A DNA stretch of 64,000 nucleotides from Saprolegnia diclina VS20 (Eukaryota). Under the pieces are notes generated by a model. It was not told the origin of the DNA and ran no database searches. It saw only the letters and a program-made list of their open reading frames with translations. The stretch's first letter is position 1; each line of letters opens with the position of its first letter. Made by a program: the position numbers and the translations under genes. This document shows, piece by piece, positions 12,211 through 25,200 of the stretch. The DNA is taken from contig NW_008246074.1 of the NCBI RefSeq assembly GCF_000281045.1, positions 133,211 to 197,210 of the forward strand, read 5' to 3'.

Positions 12211-12693
12211 ACTCGTGGCCGCACACGGTATTTCTTTCCTTCGATTTTAAAGTTGATACAAACAGCAAGTATAACGACGTGATTTGTTTTAAAAGATGAT
12301 ATGGGTTGCACGGATTTGCCACTATTTTGTGGAATTTCGCTTATTTAGCGGAAATCACGCAACACCAAGACCGCTCTGAATGCCTGTACACTAGCTTGCG
12401 CTGGACGCCTAGCTCGACGACTACTTGTACGAGTACAAAGGTATCGTGCATGGCGTCGTGAGCTCCTTGTTGACGTATTTGTAATAAACTTTTCTGCTTT
12501 TCTTTCGTTCACCGTATCTTGCCATCTGATGACGTGGCATCGCGAGAGCCTGCCACATCTACCTCGACCGTCGGTCGACGCAGCCGCGCCTGTATGAAAA
12601 CGCCAGTCGCGAAGCGGCGCCCGTCCAAGCATATGCGATGCAAGTCTTTGACCTCGGTCCTCCATTGTCGCGAGTGCTGTCTATTACAATGGG

Positions 12694-14593
12694 CTACGAC
12701 GGGCGCTGGGTTTGGAGGCGGAGGAGCTTCATGCGGTGCACCAACGACATGGGCGGACCCGAGATAGCATTTGGTACTGTCGTGTAGTGCGCAACGCTGG
12801 TGCCGCCGCCTTGGGAGAGGATGCGTCGTGGCCCGCCCGAGGACGGCGTCGGCAGCAGCGCTTGCAGCCCATGGCTCGTGGCAAAAAATGAATTGCGAAG
12901 GTGCGTCTTGCGCTTCTGGAGCTTGTAGGCATGGGTTTTGGTAAAGTTGATGGCGTCCGAGGTCGCTTCGAGGGCGCCAATGTGGGCGTAAAAGTGGTTC
13001 GGGTCCAAGACCTTGTCGACAACGTCGTCGAGCATCATGAGCGTCGGCTACACAGAATCCCGTCCAACAAAGCCTCCAACAGCGCATTCTCAAAGTACCT
13101 CGACGCGCAGCGCCGTCTCGTCAAACCAGCGCGGATACGACAGGCGGAAAATGGTGGCGAGCGAGACGCGGAGCGAGAGGAGGAGGAGCGGCAGCACGGG
13201 CGTTGTACTCCGCGTGGTTGTTTTCGGCCGGACGCGGTCGTGGACGCTGCGCTTGAGGGTCTCAAAGGCGTCGAGTACGGACACAAGGAGACCTTCGACT
13301 TCATTGTGCGACAAGAACGGTGTCGACGGCAGCCGCTGGTACTCGTCGTCTTCGTTGGTTGTCACACCGCACAGAATCGAGCGGCAGAGGTCGCCAAGCG
13401 GGCGAAACGCAGTCCAGTAGACGTAGTGGGCAAGGTATCCAATGAGCTCGAGCGTCGTCGACGACACGAGAAAGCTGCGGACGATCTCGTGTTCGTTGCG
13501 GTCGTGGATGTCGAGCATATCGAATGGAACGACGCGATGAAAGGTTTCCTGCATGCCTAGAATGCCACGTCATAATGCGACATCGCGTATGGAATCGACA
13601 ATGGTCAACCTAAAATGGTCTCAAACGTGAGCGAGTGGAGCGGCGTGTCAATCTCGGCCAGCGCGGCCGGCGACGGCTTGTAGACGCGGCGCTCGGGCGC
13701 GACCGAAAACGTCACGCGCTTCGTGCACGGAAACCCGTCTCGGTCGTACTCGATTGGCACCTGATATCACAGACATTATTGTGCAATCTTTAAACAACTA
13801 ACGTACCTTGAACAGCTGGTTGAAAGGGAAGAGGTACCGGTGCTTCATCTCATGGAACGAGAGCACGACGTGGCCGACGCGGTAGTTTTTGGCCAAGTCG
13901 GTGCCAAACACGGCACGCTCGTCGGACGTAGGTGTCCTAATAATTGGTCGTCGACAGAGTAGACATTCGATTGTCCTATAGTGTAGTACTCTGGCTTGGA
14001 CAGCGGCTGGAGCTCGGGCGACGCGGCGCGGGGCGCGACCGGGCTCGTGTCGATGACAAGCACGTCGTCGATGCAGCCGCGCGAGCGCCACCCGGGCGCC
14101 ACCCGGCACTTGTCGATCGGCACGTTGGCAAGCACGAGCGCCATGTTGTCCGCGGTCGGGTTGGCGCCGAGCTGCTCGAGGTACTTGGTTGCATATTCCT
14201 TGACGACAACCGCGTAAAACCCATCCGGAAAGGCCGTTGGGCGCTCTTGGGGCCGGAGCGGAATCGATAAATGCATTGAAAGCGGGCCAGTCTTGGCCTC
14301 GACGCGCGGCTCTCTACAAAGACTCTGGTGACCGACTTTGGCGTGGGCGCTGCGTCGCACCGGAGCTTGCGCTTCGCCTTGTTCATCGCACTCTATTTAT
14401 AGGGCAACGTCGGACTCGTGTAGACCGAGTCGACAGGTGGTGCACCTCTTGGCCACGTACACTTTGCGTCGATGGGTGGGCGGTCCCTCATGACGCGCTG
14501 AATGGTTGCGCGACCCGAGCGGCATATCTCGGGCGTCGTGGAAGGAGTCGTTCGCAGCAAGTTCGGTAGCGGAGTTGGTGTGAGTCGCTCCAT
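12694..14593 (-). CDS. Hypothetical multi-exon protein
   Basis: Successive GC-rich minus-strand ORF segments (13845-14360, 13090-13554, 12694-13038) separated by GT..AG introns. No family recognised; both ends approximate. Confidence 0.6.
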
Positions 14594-15148
14594 GCACTCT
14601 ACTATCGCAATATGTGTGCCATTCGCGCTCGCTGGATGGGATACCTGGGCTGGCTCAAGGACACTAGGGCCATTTACGAACCCCTGGAGGACACTAATCC
14701 GGCACTTGGCTCGCCGCGCCGTGGTGCCTTCGCTTGCCGAGTCGCTCCATGCCCTACGCGCCGACCCTTGGTGTGCCCGCTACCTCATTCCCCACTCAAT
14801 CCCGAGCCCCGACCAAGCGCCCTCAGCTTGACGTACCGGCCAAACCAAGCGCAATGGGCCATCTTCAACGACAACACTTAATGTTGACTTGAAGGTGTTG
14901 AAGTGGCCGATCGGCTGCCGGAGATGATAGCTCCGTGCAGCGACATACTGGTCCAAACCCCTGTTAGGACGTATCACCTAGAGCTCCTGCAGCAGCATCT
15001 AGTGTCGATATGTCAACGCTTGTCGTCAAGACAGTGTTTTCCCGCGTCGTGCGATCGAGCTTGCCACCTGATGCTACAATGCGCTCTGTGATTGGCTACA
15101 ATTCGCATCGGCGACGATGGGGCAGCCCTGAGAAATGGCATCGCGCCA

Positions 15149-15164
15149 TCTGATTGGTCAAAAA
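15149..15164. promoter_or_regulatory. CCAAT-box-like motif upstream of the Wee1-like gene
   Basis: TCTGATTGGTCAAAAA; a near-identical TGATTGGTTAAAA lies at 18397-18409 upstream of the CRT-like gene. Confidence 0.45.
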
Positions 15165-15214
15165 TCACGCTTGCCGCCAACGGCGAACTTTCCAGCAAGC
15201 GACGCTCGACGACG

Positions 15215-17089
15215 ATGGAGCGTAGCCCGACCCGGGAGCCCTTCCCGACCGAAAGCAGCAGCAACAACATGGCTGCCTTCAAGACGCCGCTGCCCAAGCG
15301 CCACCACATCACCCGCAGCGGGTCACCGGTCCGCAGCAAGCTCCGCTTCGACGACCTCTCGCCCGTCCCGATGCTACCATTGAGCCCGACCGCGAGCCCG
15401 GCCTGGGCTACGCCCGGCTCGCCACGTGTACGCGCATCACCGTCCGTAAAGAGCGAAAGCGCCGTGCGCACGAACCTCTCGTCTCAGTTTGACGACATCT
15501 CGGACGACAGCGAGGGCGAGACGACGGTCGCGGACCATAGCCGCCTCAACTTGGACACGAGCGCGGCGTCGCTTGCCGACGACGTGCTATCTGACGAAGC
15601 CAGCAGCAGTGCTCAGCCCCGCAAGTCGCTGCGCCGGGCGCTACATCGGTCGAGTCGATGTCCACCGACGCCGATGCGCACGCCGCCATGGGCCAAGAAG
15701 CTCACGCCCGTCCGAGGCGGCCTGCATCGACAGAGCTCGCTCGCGTCGACCAAGGTGCTCCTCACGCTTGGCGGTGGCACAGTCGACGACGTGCCTGTCC
15801 AGACGTCGTACTTTGAGTCGTTCCGGTCGGCCACGTGGATCGGCGCCGGCGCCTTCTCCGACGTCTACCATGTACGCCCCTCGACGACACTTGCAGTACT
15901 TACTCTTATGCTCTGCAGGTCACAACGCTGGCGGGCGATGCGTTTGCCGTCAAGAAATCGAAGTTGCCGCTGCGAAGCAAGCGCGACCGGTGCGGAGCCT
16001 CCTGTCCTCTTCAACCAAACTTGACGCTGAGTTTTGTAGCGAGCGGATGCTGCAAGAAATCAAGGTGTACGAAAAGCTGGCGACATCAGCGCCAACGAGC
16101 CCGTACCTCGTGCAGTACTACCAAGCGTGGCAAGAGCGCGGTACGTCCGTCCGCCACGTCATCGTATCAAGTTGATAGACTCATTTCTGATAGGCTTTTT
16201 CTACATGCAACTCGAGCTCTGCGCGGCTGGCACACTCCAAGACTGGCTCGACGTGCTTCGAGGAAACGATACATGCGCAGTGCCCGAGGCGGTGCTCTGG
16301 CACATTCTGCATGACGTCGCGTCGGTACGCAGTAGGATGCTCCGTCGTACGCTCAAGCAACCACATACTAGGGCCTCGCGGTTGTTCACGCCCATGGCAT
16401 TGTGCACCTCGACATCAAGCCCGCCAACTTGTTTGTGACGACCCCCGGTAGCATCAAGATTGGCGACTTTGGCCTCGCCACGACCGTCGGCGACGAGAGC
16501 GACGGCGAAGGCGACCAGCGCTACATGGCGCCCGAGCTACTGACGACTGCGACGCGCGCTGCGTCCGCCGACATCTTTTCGCTCGGTATCCGCGCTTTGT
16601 CGTATCGGGCATCGATGGCTGACGCGGTGTCTTAGGCATGACGCTATTCGAGCTCAGTCACTTGGCTCATCCGCTGCCCCAGGACGGGCCTGCATGGCAT
16701 GCGCTCCGTGAAGAAATGTTGCCAACGCTCCCGTACTCGGCGGCGTGGACCCGACTTCTCACAGAGGTACGAAGAGTCGTCTAGTAGCATGGACCTGACA
16801 TGTGGGTAGATGCTGCGCACCGACCCAGAAGTGCGAATTTCCGCCGCCCAGATCACCGAACGCCACGAGCTTTCCCAGCTGGCGCGAGCCGACGACTTGG
16901 CTTTGGTATGACTTGCAGTATCATTGCATCTGGATCTGAGCATGGTCGGCCTAGTTTGGTGCCCGCGTCCAGAGCACGTTAGCATCGCCGCCAACGAGCC
17001 CCGCTGCGGAGAGCGTGACCTCGCCGCCACCCAGTCCGCCAGCTGCGCGTAGCATGTCGCCACATGTAGCCGGTAGTCTTCGCTCCTAA
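15215..17089 (+). CDS. WEE1: Wee1/Myt1-family protein kinase, multi-exon
   Basis: IGAGAFSDVY, FAVKKSK, YMQLELC, HLDIKPANLF, KIGDFGLA, EGDQRYMAPELL, ADIFSLG; SP/TP-rich N-terminus. The last exon is inferred; an alternative stop lies at 16911. Confidence 0.88.
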
Positions 17090-17405
17090 GGCGCATACAC
17101 AGCGATATTAACGTCCATGTCTCGGTGGGTGAGCTGGTACGCCAGCGCATCGCGCGGCCTTGCACGCGGTGGCTTGTTTTCGCAGCGCTTTTCGCAGGAT
17201 TTAATAAACGAGCCAATCATTGCGCTCGATTTTATCGAAGTGCGGAAGCGGACCAATCACAAGCGGCGAATTTATAGAAACGTGCGGGACGCTGCAAAAA
17301 CGGTGGGCTGGTTGCATCCGCAAGGCAAGGATGGCGGCTACCGCCCATGCTAGCAAGTTGAGCTCACTTCCAGATTTCGATTCTCTCCACCAACAACACG
17401 CCACC

Positions 17406-17672
17406 ATGCAAGCGCGCCTCATCGCCCCGATCCTCGGCACGGTCTCGCTCATCGCCCCGATCCTCGGCACGGTCTCGCTCATCGCCGGCAGCTGCACGAC
17501 GCTCGCGGTCAACAGCAGCCGCACGCCCCAAGTGAACGCCCACGTCCGCCGTCTCTCCAAGCGCGTCATGCCCCGCGATGTTGGCAAAAGCTCGACGACG
17601 GCCAACGCGACGGCAACGACGAAGCACGACGTCATGGAAGACTTTCCTATCTACATGTTCACGGCCGAGTAG
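17406..17672 (+). CDS. Small orphan protein (88 aa) with a hydrophobic N-terminus
   Basis: CCACCATG start context, Inr/FPR-like GCTCACTTCCAGATTT and CCAAT motifs upstream, GC3-rich codons, AT-rich 3' flank. Confidence 0.6.
   Translation: MQARLIAPILGTVSLIAPILGTVSLIAGSCTTLAVNSSRTPQVNAHVRRLSKRVMPRDVGKSSTTANATATTKHDVMEDFPIYMFTAE
17418..17486 (+). repeat. Exact 30-bp tandem duplication (LIAPILGTVS x2)
   Basis: ctcatcgccccgatcctcggcacggtctcg repeated twice, followed by a partial third unit. Confidence 0.9.
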
Positions 17673-18495
17673 CTGACAAGCTTTGCGCACCGCGTCCTGT
17701 ACACTAAATATCCCTCATACGTAAATTGAATACACCCCGCACATGATTGTCTAGTATAGATTTGTGTATTCGTGCGATTATTCTCGAAATGCGAGAATGC
17801 AAGCGACGTCGTTTGGTTACGTCAGGAGCCGCGAGCTCGTGCGACACGCGCCTCCTTGACGCGGTGTATAAAACCGCGTGCTCCTGCTGCTGCGGCCAAG
17901 GCTAGCCATCACCAAGGAGCAAGGAAGTGTTGATTATCAATGCGAACAAACGTCATATCTGTCAAGGGCCAGGGAAGTTTCCGAAAAGGCCGACCGAGCG
18001 AGACCACAAAGGACAGGCTAGTTGGTGACGGTAATAACGGGTGCGGTAGCGCAGGGAGCGTACCCGATTGCAAGTCCAATGTTCACCGACATGTGAATTT
18101 ACGACAATAGTTCCCAGCAGTGGGGTAGCCTCGGGCGAGCCCGAGGACGGATCCAGAGCAATCGAGTTTTGCAATATTTCGTTCCTTGATGTACCCCAGC
18201 GACTAGGCGAATCAACATTGTATTCTCGTTCATATATTCTAGTTGCATAAGACTAGAGAGCACTTCATCCAACAGCCGACGCTGCGAAGAGCACTTGAAG
18301 TTGAGGCGGTGGGACGCTGTTGCGTGCGTCTAGACGCGCCGACGTTGAAGCAGTGGGCTTTCTGTTGCGTCCGATTCGCTAAAATGAACAGCACTGTGAT
18401 TGGTTAAAATGCGACAAATCCGACAATTTGTGGGCTGCGTCGGGCAATAAGAAAGCGTCGACGCAAAGACGCCCGCTGCCTCGTCGTCCGTCACC

Positions 18496-20163
18496 ATGGA
18501 CCTCTTCAAGTCGCTGCTCGGCTTTGACGACTGGACGGGCAAGCCCCACAAGTTCTGCTCCATGCACGTGCGTGCTCTCTGCATACGGCCTCGCAATCGC
18601 TCATGATGGCGCTAGACGGTCGTCGTTCTCGGCGGGCTCTTTGTGCTCGTCCTCGCCGAGGTGACGGAGCGCTTTACGTTCAAGCTCATGCTCGACCGCA
18701 TGGAGTCGTACCGGTAGCCAAGTCGCCTAGGTCCGCTGCGTCCCATTGACCGTGGTTAGGTACTTTCTCATGCAAATGAGCACGTTCCTCTACATTCCGC
18801 CGATGTTTTGCATCGTGGGCTACAAGGCGACGCAATCGGTGCGACTTGCATGTGCACTAGCGTCGTCTTAGCACATGACATAGGATTTCATCGACGAAGA
18901 AGTCACCGAATTTCCAAAGTCCAAGTTTTTCGTCATGGGCATGCTCGACCTCGCCCAGGTACACATGATGATGATGCTCCTCCGACAAGGATGAGGTGCG
19001 ACTATGGTGACGGTCATTAGTCGATGCTACTCTTCCTACCTGGTGGCAAGACGCCGGCGACGCTCACTGTGATCTTTTTACAAGCGTCCGTGCCGGCGAC
19101 GATGCTGTTCGCCCAGATCCTCCTCAAGGACGAGTACAGCAAGTTCCATGTGCTTGGCGGCAGCATCATGATGGCTGGCATCCTTGTCGGCCTCCTCCCC
19201 GTCTTTTCCATGTAGATTTATAGTCTTATGATTCGCTGAGCACGTGGCGTTGATCGTCGACGTAGGGTGCTCAGCGACGTGTACGAAGAGCAAGAAATGG
19301 CGTGGAATTCGCTGTGCTATCTCTTGGCAGCGATTCCTGGCGCGCTCTCGGTGCTCTACAAGGAGAAGGCGCTTGCGACGCAGCCCATGGACGTCTACTA
19401 CCTCAATGCGTGGGTTGCGGTCTATCAATTTATCGGCGGTCTTCTCGTCGCGCCTTTGGCGTTCGATATTCCGGTACCGATTCTTATTTGTTGCTTATTT
19501 TTTCATGTTTCATGTTTCATTTCTCATTTTGAATGTTGAATTTTGAGTTTTGAGTTTTGAATTGGAAAGAGAGATATAATGTACATTGCCTAGGCGCTGC
19601 ACCTCGACCAGCGCATCAGCGGCCTCGAGTGTTTGGTCAACGGCGTCTCGGAGATTCGCACCGACAAGTGCCACGTACGCTACTTTGTTAGCAGGTTTGT
19701 ATCAAGTTTGTATCAACCTCGCGCTGTAGCTCGGGCTCGGCCTTTTGCTCCTTTTCCTCGTGTGCAAAGTCGTCGCCTTCTTCGGCGTCGGCTTTGTCTT
19801 GCAACACACGAGCGTCTCGGTGCTCTACAGCGGGTACACGGCCGCGCTTCCCATGGCCTTTGTGCTTCTCGAGTGGTACCAGCAGGACCAAGACGTGCGT
19901 TTGTCGCTTCTTGATTGGGGGGCTCACGATGGGGGTAGGGTCCGCTCTCGTCTGTGTGGAGTGACGCATTTTCGTGTGCGGTCGTGCTACTGGGCCTCGT
20001 CTTGTATCGGCTGAACCCTGTACGACGTCCTCTCAATCTCGGATGGCGCAAACGAGGCGTGTAGGAGCCTGGCATGGAGGCAACGACCATGTCGGCGGCC
20101 GAGAAGGAGGCGCAGTCGCTTTTGCTCGACGACGCGTCGGACTTTGGCTTGCGATACACTTAG
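18496..20163 (+). CDS. CRT-like (chloroquine resistance transporter / plant CLT family) DMT-fold transporter, many exons
   Basis: KLMLDRMESYRYFLMQ, FPKSKFFVMGMLD, LPGGKTPATLTVIFLQASVPATM, YSKFHVLG, IPGALSVLYKEKAL, DVYYLNAWVAVYQF, GLECL..G, LQHTSVSVLY; about 10 hydrophobic segments. Confidence 0.82.
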
Positions 20164-20186
20164 AACACTCCACTAGTATGCGACGT

Positions 20187-21532
20187 TTAACCTACTCTAC
20201 CCTCTCCATGTTGTGTACGTTCTTCCGGCGCAAAGACGACGAGCACGACGCTGACATTGTCCGTGGACCCCAACGCAATCGCGTGCGCAACGAGCGCGTC
20301 GCACACCTGGGCCGGGCTCGTCGGAGTGGTTTGCAGATGCGCGCGTACAAAGCTCGCGGCCGACGCCGGCGTCATCACTTCAAAGAGCCCGTCGCACGCG
20401 AGCAAGAGAAATTCGTCGTGTGGCGACCGCGCGCGGACCACCACATCTGGTTGGCTAATCACAATGGGCCGGGCCAAGTCTTCCTTGAGCATGCGGTCGC
20501 CAAAGGCGCGCGAGACGCCGAGGTAGCCGAAAATATACCTACAATGATGCGGATTTGTCGCTGGAATTTCGGAAAAAACAGCAAAAATACCGTCCGTTGT
20601 TGAGGACACGGCCATTTGCCGCCTCAATGCGTCGCTTCTCGGTCGGGTCGTTGGGCGCGTGCACCGCACACAAGTCGATCGCGTCACCGTGGTGCCCCAG
20701 CACGAGTTGCGAGTCGCCAATGTTACCCTACCCCGGGACGATGTAGGTGACGCCTCGACGCGACATATTGTGTACCACAGCAAAGGTCTCTCGGCCAATG
20801 AGGGCAAAGGCCGCGCAGCTGCCGCTGTCGTCGGCGACGTGGGACCGCAGAAAGCTGTCGTCGGCCAAGGCGCAGGCCTGCGTGAGGAGCGGGCCGAGCA
20901 TCGCATGCGGCAACGCGCCAAAGCCGAGTGTCGTGACCGACAGACTCTGTTGCACGTGGCGCACGAGCGCCGTCTCCAAGAAGGACGCGCAGTGCGTCCC
21001 GGCGTGTCCGTCGTAAACAGCGACGAACGCGACAGGGTCGTCGCCGGGCGTGGAGAAGGTCACGGCGCACGACCGGTCTTCCATGGCCCGGCGGATGCCG
21101 ATGCTGCTGCTCGCGCCAACCTCAACGTCCAGTGTCTGCAGTAGCGCTGGGTCGAGCGTCGGTTCGGTTGCGACGACGGTGCGGCGAGGCGCGGCGACGT
21201 GCTGGGATTTACGCGCGGTCTCGGCCCGCATCCGGTTGGCGTGGGCCCGCGCCGCGATTCGGTCCCGCGCTGCCTGTACATCGATGGCGTTCTACGCGGA
21301 AGGTTGGCGTGGGCGAGCGAGGATCAGGAAGCGCACCTGCGATGGTTCGAGGCTCACGGCGGTCGACGCGACAAGTGGGACGAGCAGGATCCAGGTCGCG
21401 AGTTGCTACAGGCATTCGTGTGGAGGCGCCTGCAACCATCGCAAGTACCTGCCATGGGCGATGGTGCTGGTCGTCGCGCACCAGCAGCTTGGGTAGCGTC
21501 GCCCGCGCCCGCTTGAGCCATCCTCGGGCCAT
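20187..21532 (-). CDS. Protein phosphatase 2C (PPM family)
   Basis: IGIRRAMEDR, VAVYDGHAG, SGSCA, NIGDSQ, LGVSRAFGDR, FLLLACDGLFEV, GSTDNVSVVLV; 5' exons inferred. Confidence 0.9.
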
Positions 21533-22232
21533 TGTATTCCGGTCGGCGGCAACGTCGATGTGAATCCGAGGATGCCCACCGACTCCGGGTTTGCTCCGGA
21601 TTTTGCGCAACGGCAAGGTGGGCCATATGGCAACGTTCGCCCACGGGACTGCAGTCGACGGACGCGCAGTTCGTCACGAAGAAGCGACGCTTCATCAACC
21701 ATCGATACCGAGCAATCGATGTCCTATGCGAGCTTGCGTCCTTCCGATGAGCCCTGCCTCCAACCACAGGCTACGCAATGAACCGATATTGCCATTTCGC
21801 TGCCTCCATCTTACATCTGTGGCGCGAAGCATCTTCTGCATGCGGACTGCGATCCGCGATAGTGTACTTAGGACACTTAGGCCACGCGTCCGGCTCGACA
21901 CGAGTGCAAGGGTAGCGTGAAGATCAACAAAATACGCTTTGATGTGCCCGAGTCGAAGCGAGCGCACAGCTCTCGCGCGTTGGACGAAGCATTACACTGG
22001 ATAGCGCTGTCTGAAGTACCGACAACAGTGGCTAAGACGCCGGCCTGGACATCGCGCCGCGAGGCCCTACTTGCAGCATCCTGCACATGGATGGTACAGC
22101 TTGTGGTAGCTGGTTGTAGGCGACTACGAACGAGCGTGCGACGGTTGGTGCCCGCGTAGAAAGACTGTTCCTGAAACGGCCGTAGAAAGGTGCTTCGCAA
22201 CCGTTGTAGCTTGGTTTTGCCTCGACGACGGC

Positions 22233-25200
22233 ATGGGTCGGCCGATGAAGGAGGTGGTGCGGCGCAGCTGCTTGCAGTCGCAGCGCTACGCGGCCAAGCA
22301 GCTCCGCAAGCTCGTCAAGACGCGCATGCGGGGTGAGACCTTCCGCAAGTGGGTCGGGCGCAACATTGACAATTCGCTTCTGGCGTCGTTCATTGACGTC
22401 GTTCAAGTGATTCTCGGGTACTCTCTTTGTGGTCTTGACGGGATGCTAAGTCGTATTTACCTAGTCTTGTCGTCACGATCATTTACTTTAACGAAAACTG
22501 GCTCGTCCTCAACACGTCGACAACGACTGACGCGAGCATCGACACGCTGCAGCTCACGATCAGTGTCTTCTTCACCTTCGACTATTGTCTCCGGTACAAA
22601 ACTCAACCCGTAGACACAGTGTCTGATATGTGCAGGCTCTACGCGTCCGACAACCGCCGGTCGTTCTTTCTCAGTCCCATGTCCATGGTCGACCTGGTCA
22701 CGATCTTGCCCCAGTGGATCGAGGTCATCTTTGACAAGCTCAACATCAAGACCGTCAAGAGCATGTCGAGTGCGCTCAAGACGCTTCGGTCGCTTCGATT
22801 TCTGCGCGCGTTTCGGCTGCTCGCGTTCGCCAAGACAGCCAAGAAGCGTCAAACCGGCGTCCTTGTCTTGACCGTCATGGGCATCATTATTTGCAGCGCT
22901 GGCATCATCCAGGTACACTCCTTTCTGGATGCACCAACAAGTTCGACGTCGGGCGCAGGCGATCGAGGCGTGCCCGGACACGATTCTCGTTCATTTGAAT
23001 GGCTCGACCGCGTTCACGTCCAACGGCACCAACTGCCAGGACATGGAGATCTATAATGCGTGCTATTTTGTCGTCATCACAATCGCAACACTGGGGTAGG
23101 AATCCCGAAAAGACGCCGAAAATGGCAAAAAAATGCACTGATTTTTTGATTTTTAGGTATGGCGACATTGCCCCAAAGTCGCAGAACGGCAAAGTGGCCG
23201 TGATTGGGCTCATCATCTGGACGGGTATTTTGCTGCCGCTACAGATTAGCAAGCTCAGCGACGTCTTGAGCCGCGAGGTATCGATCGACACGACGAGACC
23301 GTGCATATGTGTCGACGTAGACCGAGTACGACAAGGCATTCAAGGAGCGGAAGGAGCAGAGCCCGCACATTTTGATTTGCGGCGAAGTCAACTCGGGCGC
23401 GTTGGATTTCTTTCTGCGGCAGTTTCTGCACCCCAACAATATGAACTGGAAGGACAAGGTGGTCATCTTATGCCCGTCATTGCCGTCCCACAACCTCAAA
23501 CGCATTCTATTGAACGGTGCGTACGAGCAGCGCGTCATATACCTGCAAGGCTCGGCGATGCTCGACTCGGACCTCAAGCGTGCAAGTGCGTCGACTGCCC
23601 GGCTCTGTTTTGTCATGATCAACAAGCTCTCGAATGACGGCGACCAAAGCGACACGGCGTCGAATCTCCTCACGATTTCGCTGCGCCACTACACTCGGCG
23701 AGGTGCGAATCTCAAAGCTCGAATCTCAATCTCCATTCGCATCTAGTGCCGCTCTTTGTGCAAGTGCTCAAGACGGACAACATTCGCCACGTCCACCTCT
23801 CGGGGGCCAACAACATTGTGTGCGTGGACCAGCTCAAGCTCGGGATTCTCGCGAAATCGTGCTTGATTCCCGGTCTCTGTGCCTTTCTGTGCAACATTCT
23901 CTTTACGTTTCGACCGTTTTACACCCAGAGGTATAATTTTGATATTGGACAAAACAAGTCCAATATACGTCCTTGGCTAGTTCGCTCTGGGCCGCGGAAT
24001 TCCTCGAGGGATGCGGCAACGACGTGTACGAGGCGCGTCCGCCAACGTTTCTTCACGGCGCGATTTCGTATCGGGTGTTTGCGTACATTTTGTTTCAAGA
24101 GCTCCAGGCCGTGCCGCTCGCGGTGTGTGACAATGCGTATTTTGAGCTCTCGCTCTTTCCTGCGCGTATGCTCGTGGGCAAAACGCACACCATGTTTGTG
24201 CTCTCAAAACACTCGGACTGCGTTCGCCGCATCGAATCCCTCTCGTACTCGTCGCTTCAAAAGTACATTGTCGTTGTATTTTGTCGGAATTTGGACGCAT
24301 TTTTCACCATTTTTTTCAACTAGGTACCACACGATCATTCCCAACTTTGACTCGATCACGAATGCGTGGAATGCGGGCGCTGGCAGCATCAAGACGCGCC
24401 TTCGCTCGATGGCGCAGCGGGCGTCGGTCTCACGCACCGCGTCGCTCATCTTGTCGCAGCTGTCGGTCAAACCGTCGCAGCTCTCGCTCAAGCGGTCGCG
24501 CTCCGACAGTGTCCACATACCGAATGAAACACGCGTGCTGCCGTGCGGACCGGAGGCGCACGAGCCAAAGCCATCCTCGATAGACGACGACTCGGACGAC
24601 GAGCTAGCGACCAGTGTGCCGGTGCCAGACACCCGGCCGTCGGCGAAGGCAGCCAGCACGCCGCGTGCGGTGGCGGACGCAACACCGTGCGCCGCTGCAG
24701 TCGTGCATCCGCTGCAAGTGCCGCAGCACGCGCCCGAGCACGTTGTCGCGTTGCCACCGATCAAGGCGCACCATGAGAGCAGCATCAACGCCGACGATCC
24801 GCTTTTGAAAGTATCGGCGTCGGGGCACGAGTTGCCCAAACCGTCCGAGTCTTCCGCCCCAGACCAGCCTCAAGACGTCGAGAAAGCGATGCCGGTGACG
24901 CTGGATCGACTCGTGCAGACGGAAACACCGGCGTCTGCACCTCGCCCATCGATGTTGTCGTCGACACCGTTTTTCGAGGTATCCGCGCCCGACGTGCGGC
25001 GACGGAGCATCCACGAGCGCAGCGCGGTCACCGCACTGGAGCCGTCGAGCAAGGCAAAGGACGGGCCACGGCAGAGCCTCGTGCGCAGCTACGAGATGTT
25101 TTTGATGACGCGCATTCCACACGATGTCAAGAGTCATATCGTGCTCTGCGGGATGCCCAACATGCTCGACGACTTTGTTGGGCCGCTGCGGACGCTCAAG

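Noticed and set aside
18129..18146. Perfect 8-bp GC hairpin CCTCGGGC-GA-GCCCGAGG as a Helitron end or terminator
   Set aside because: No correctly placed CTRR-T terminus or U-tract; such a hairpin is plausible by chance in GC-rich DNA.
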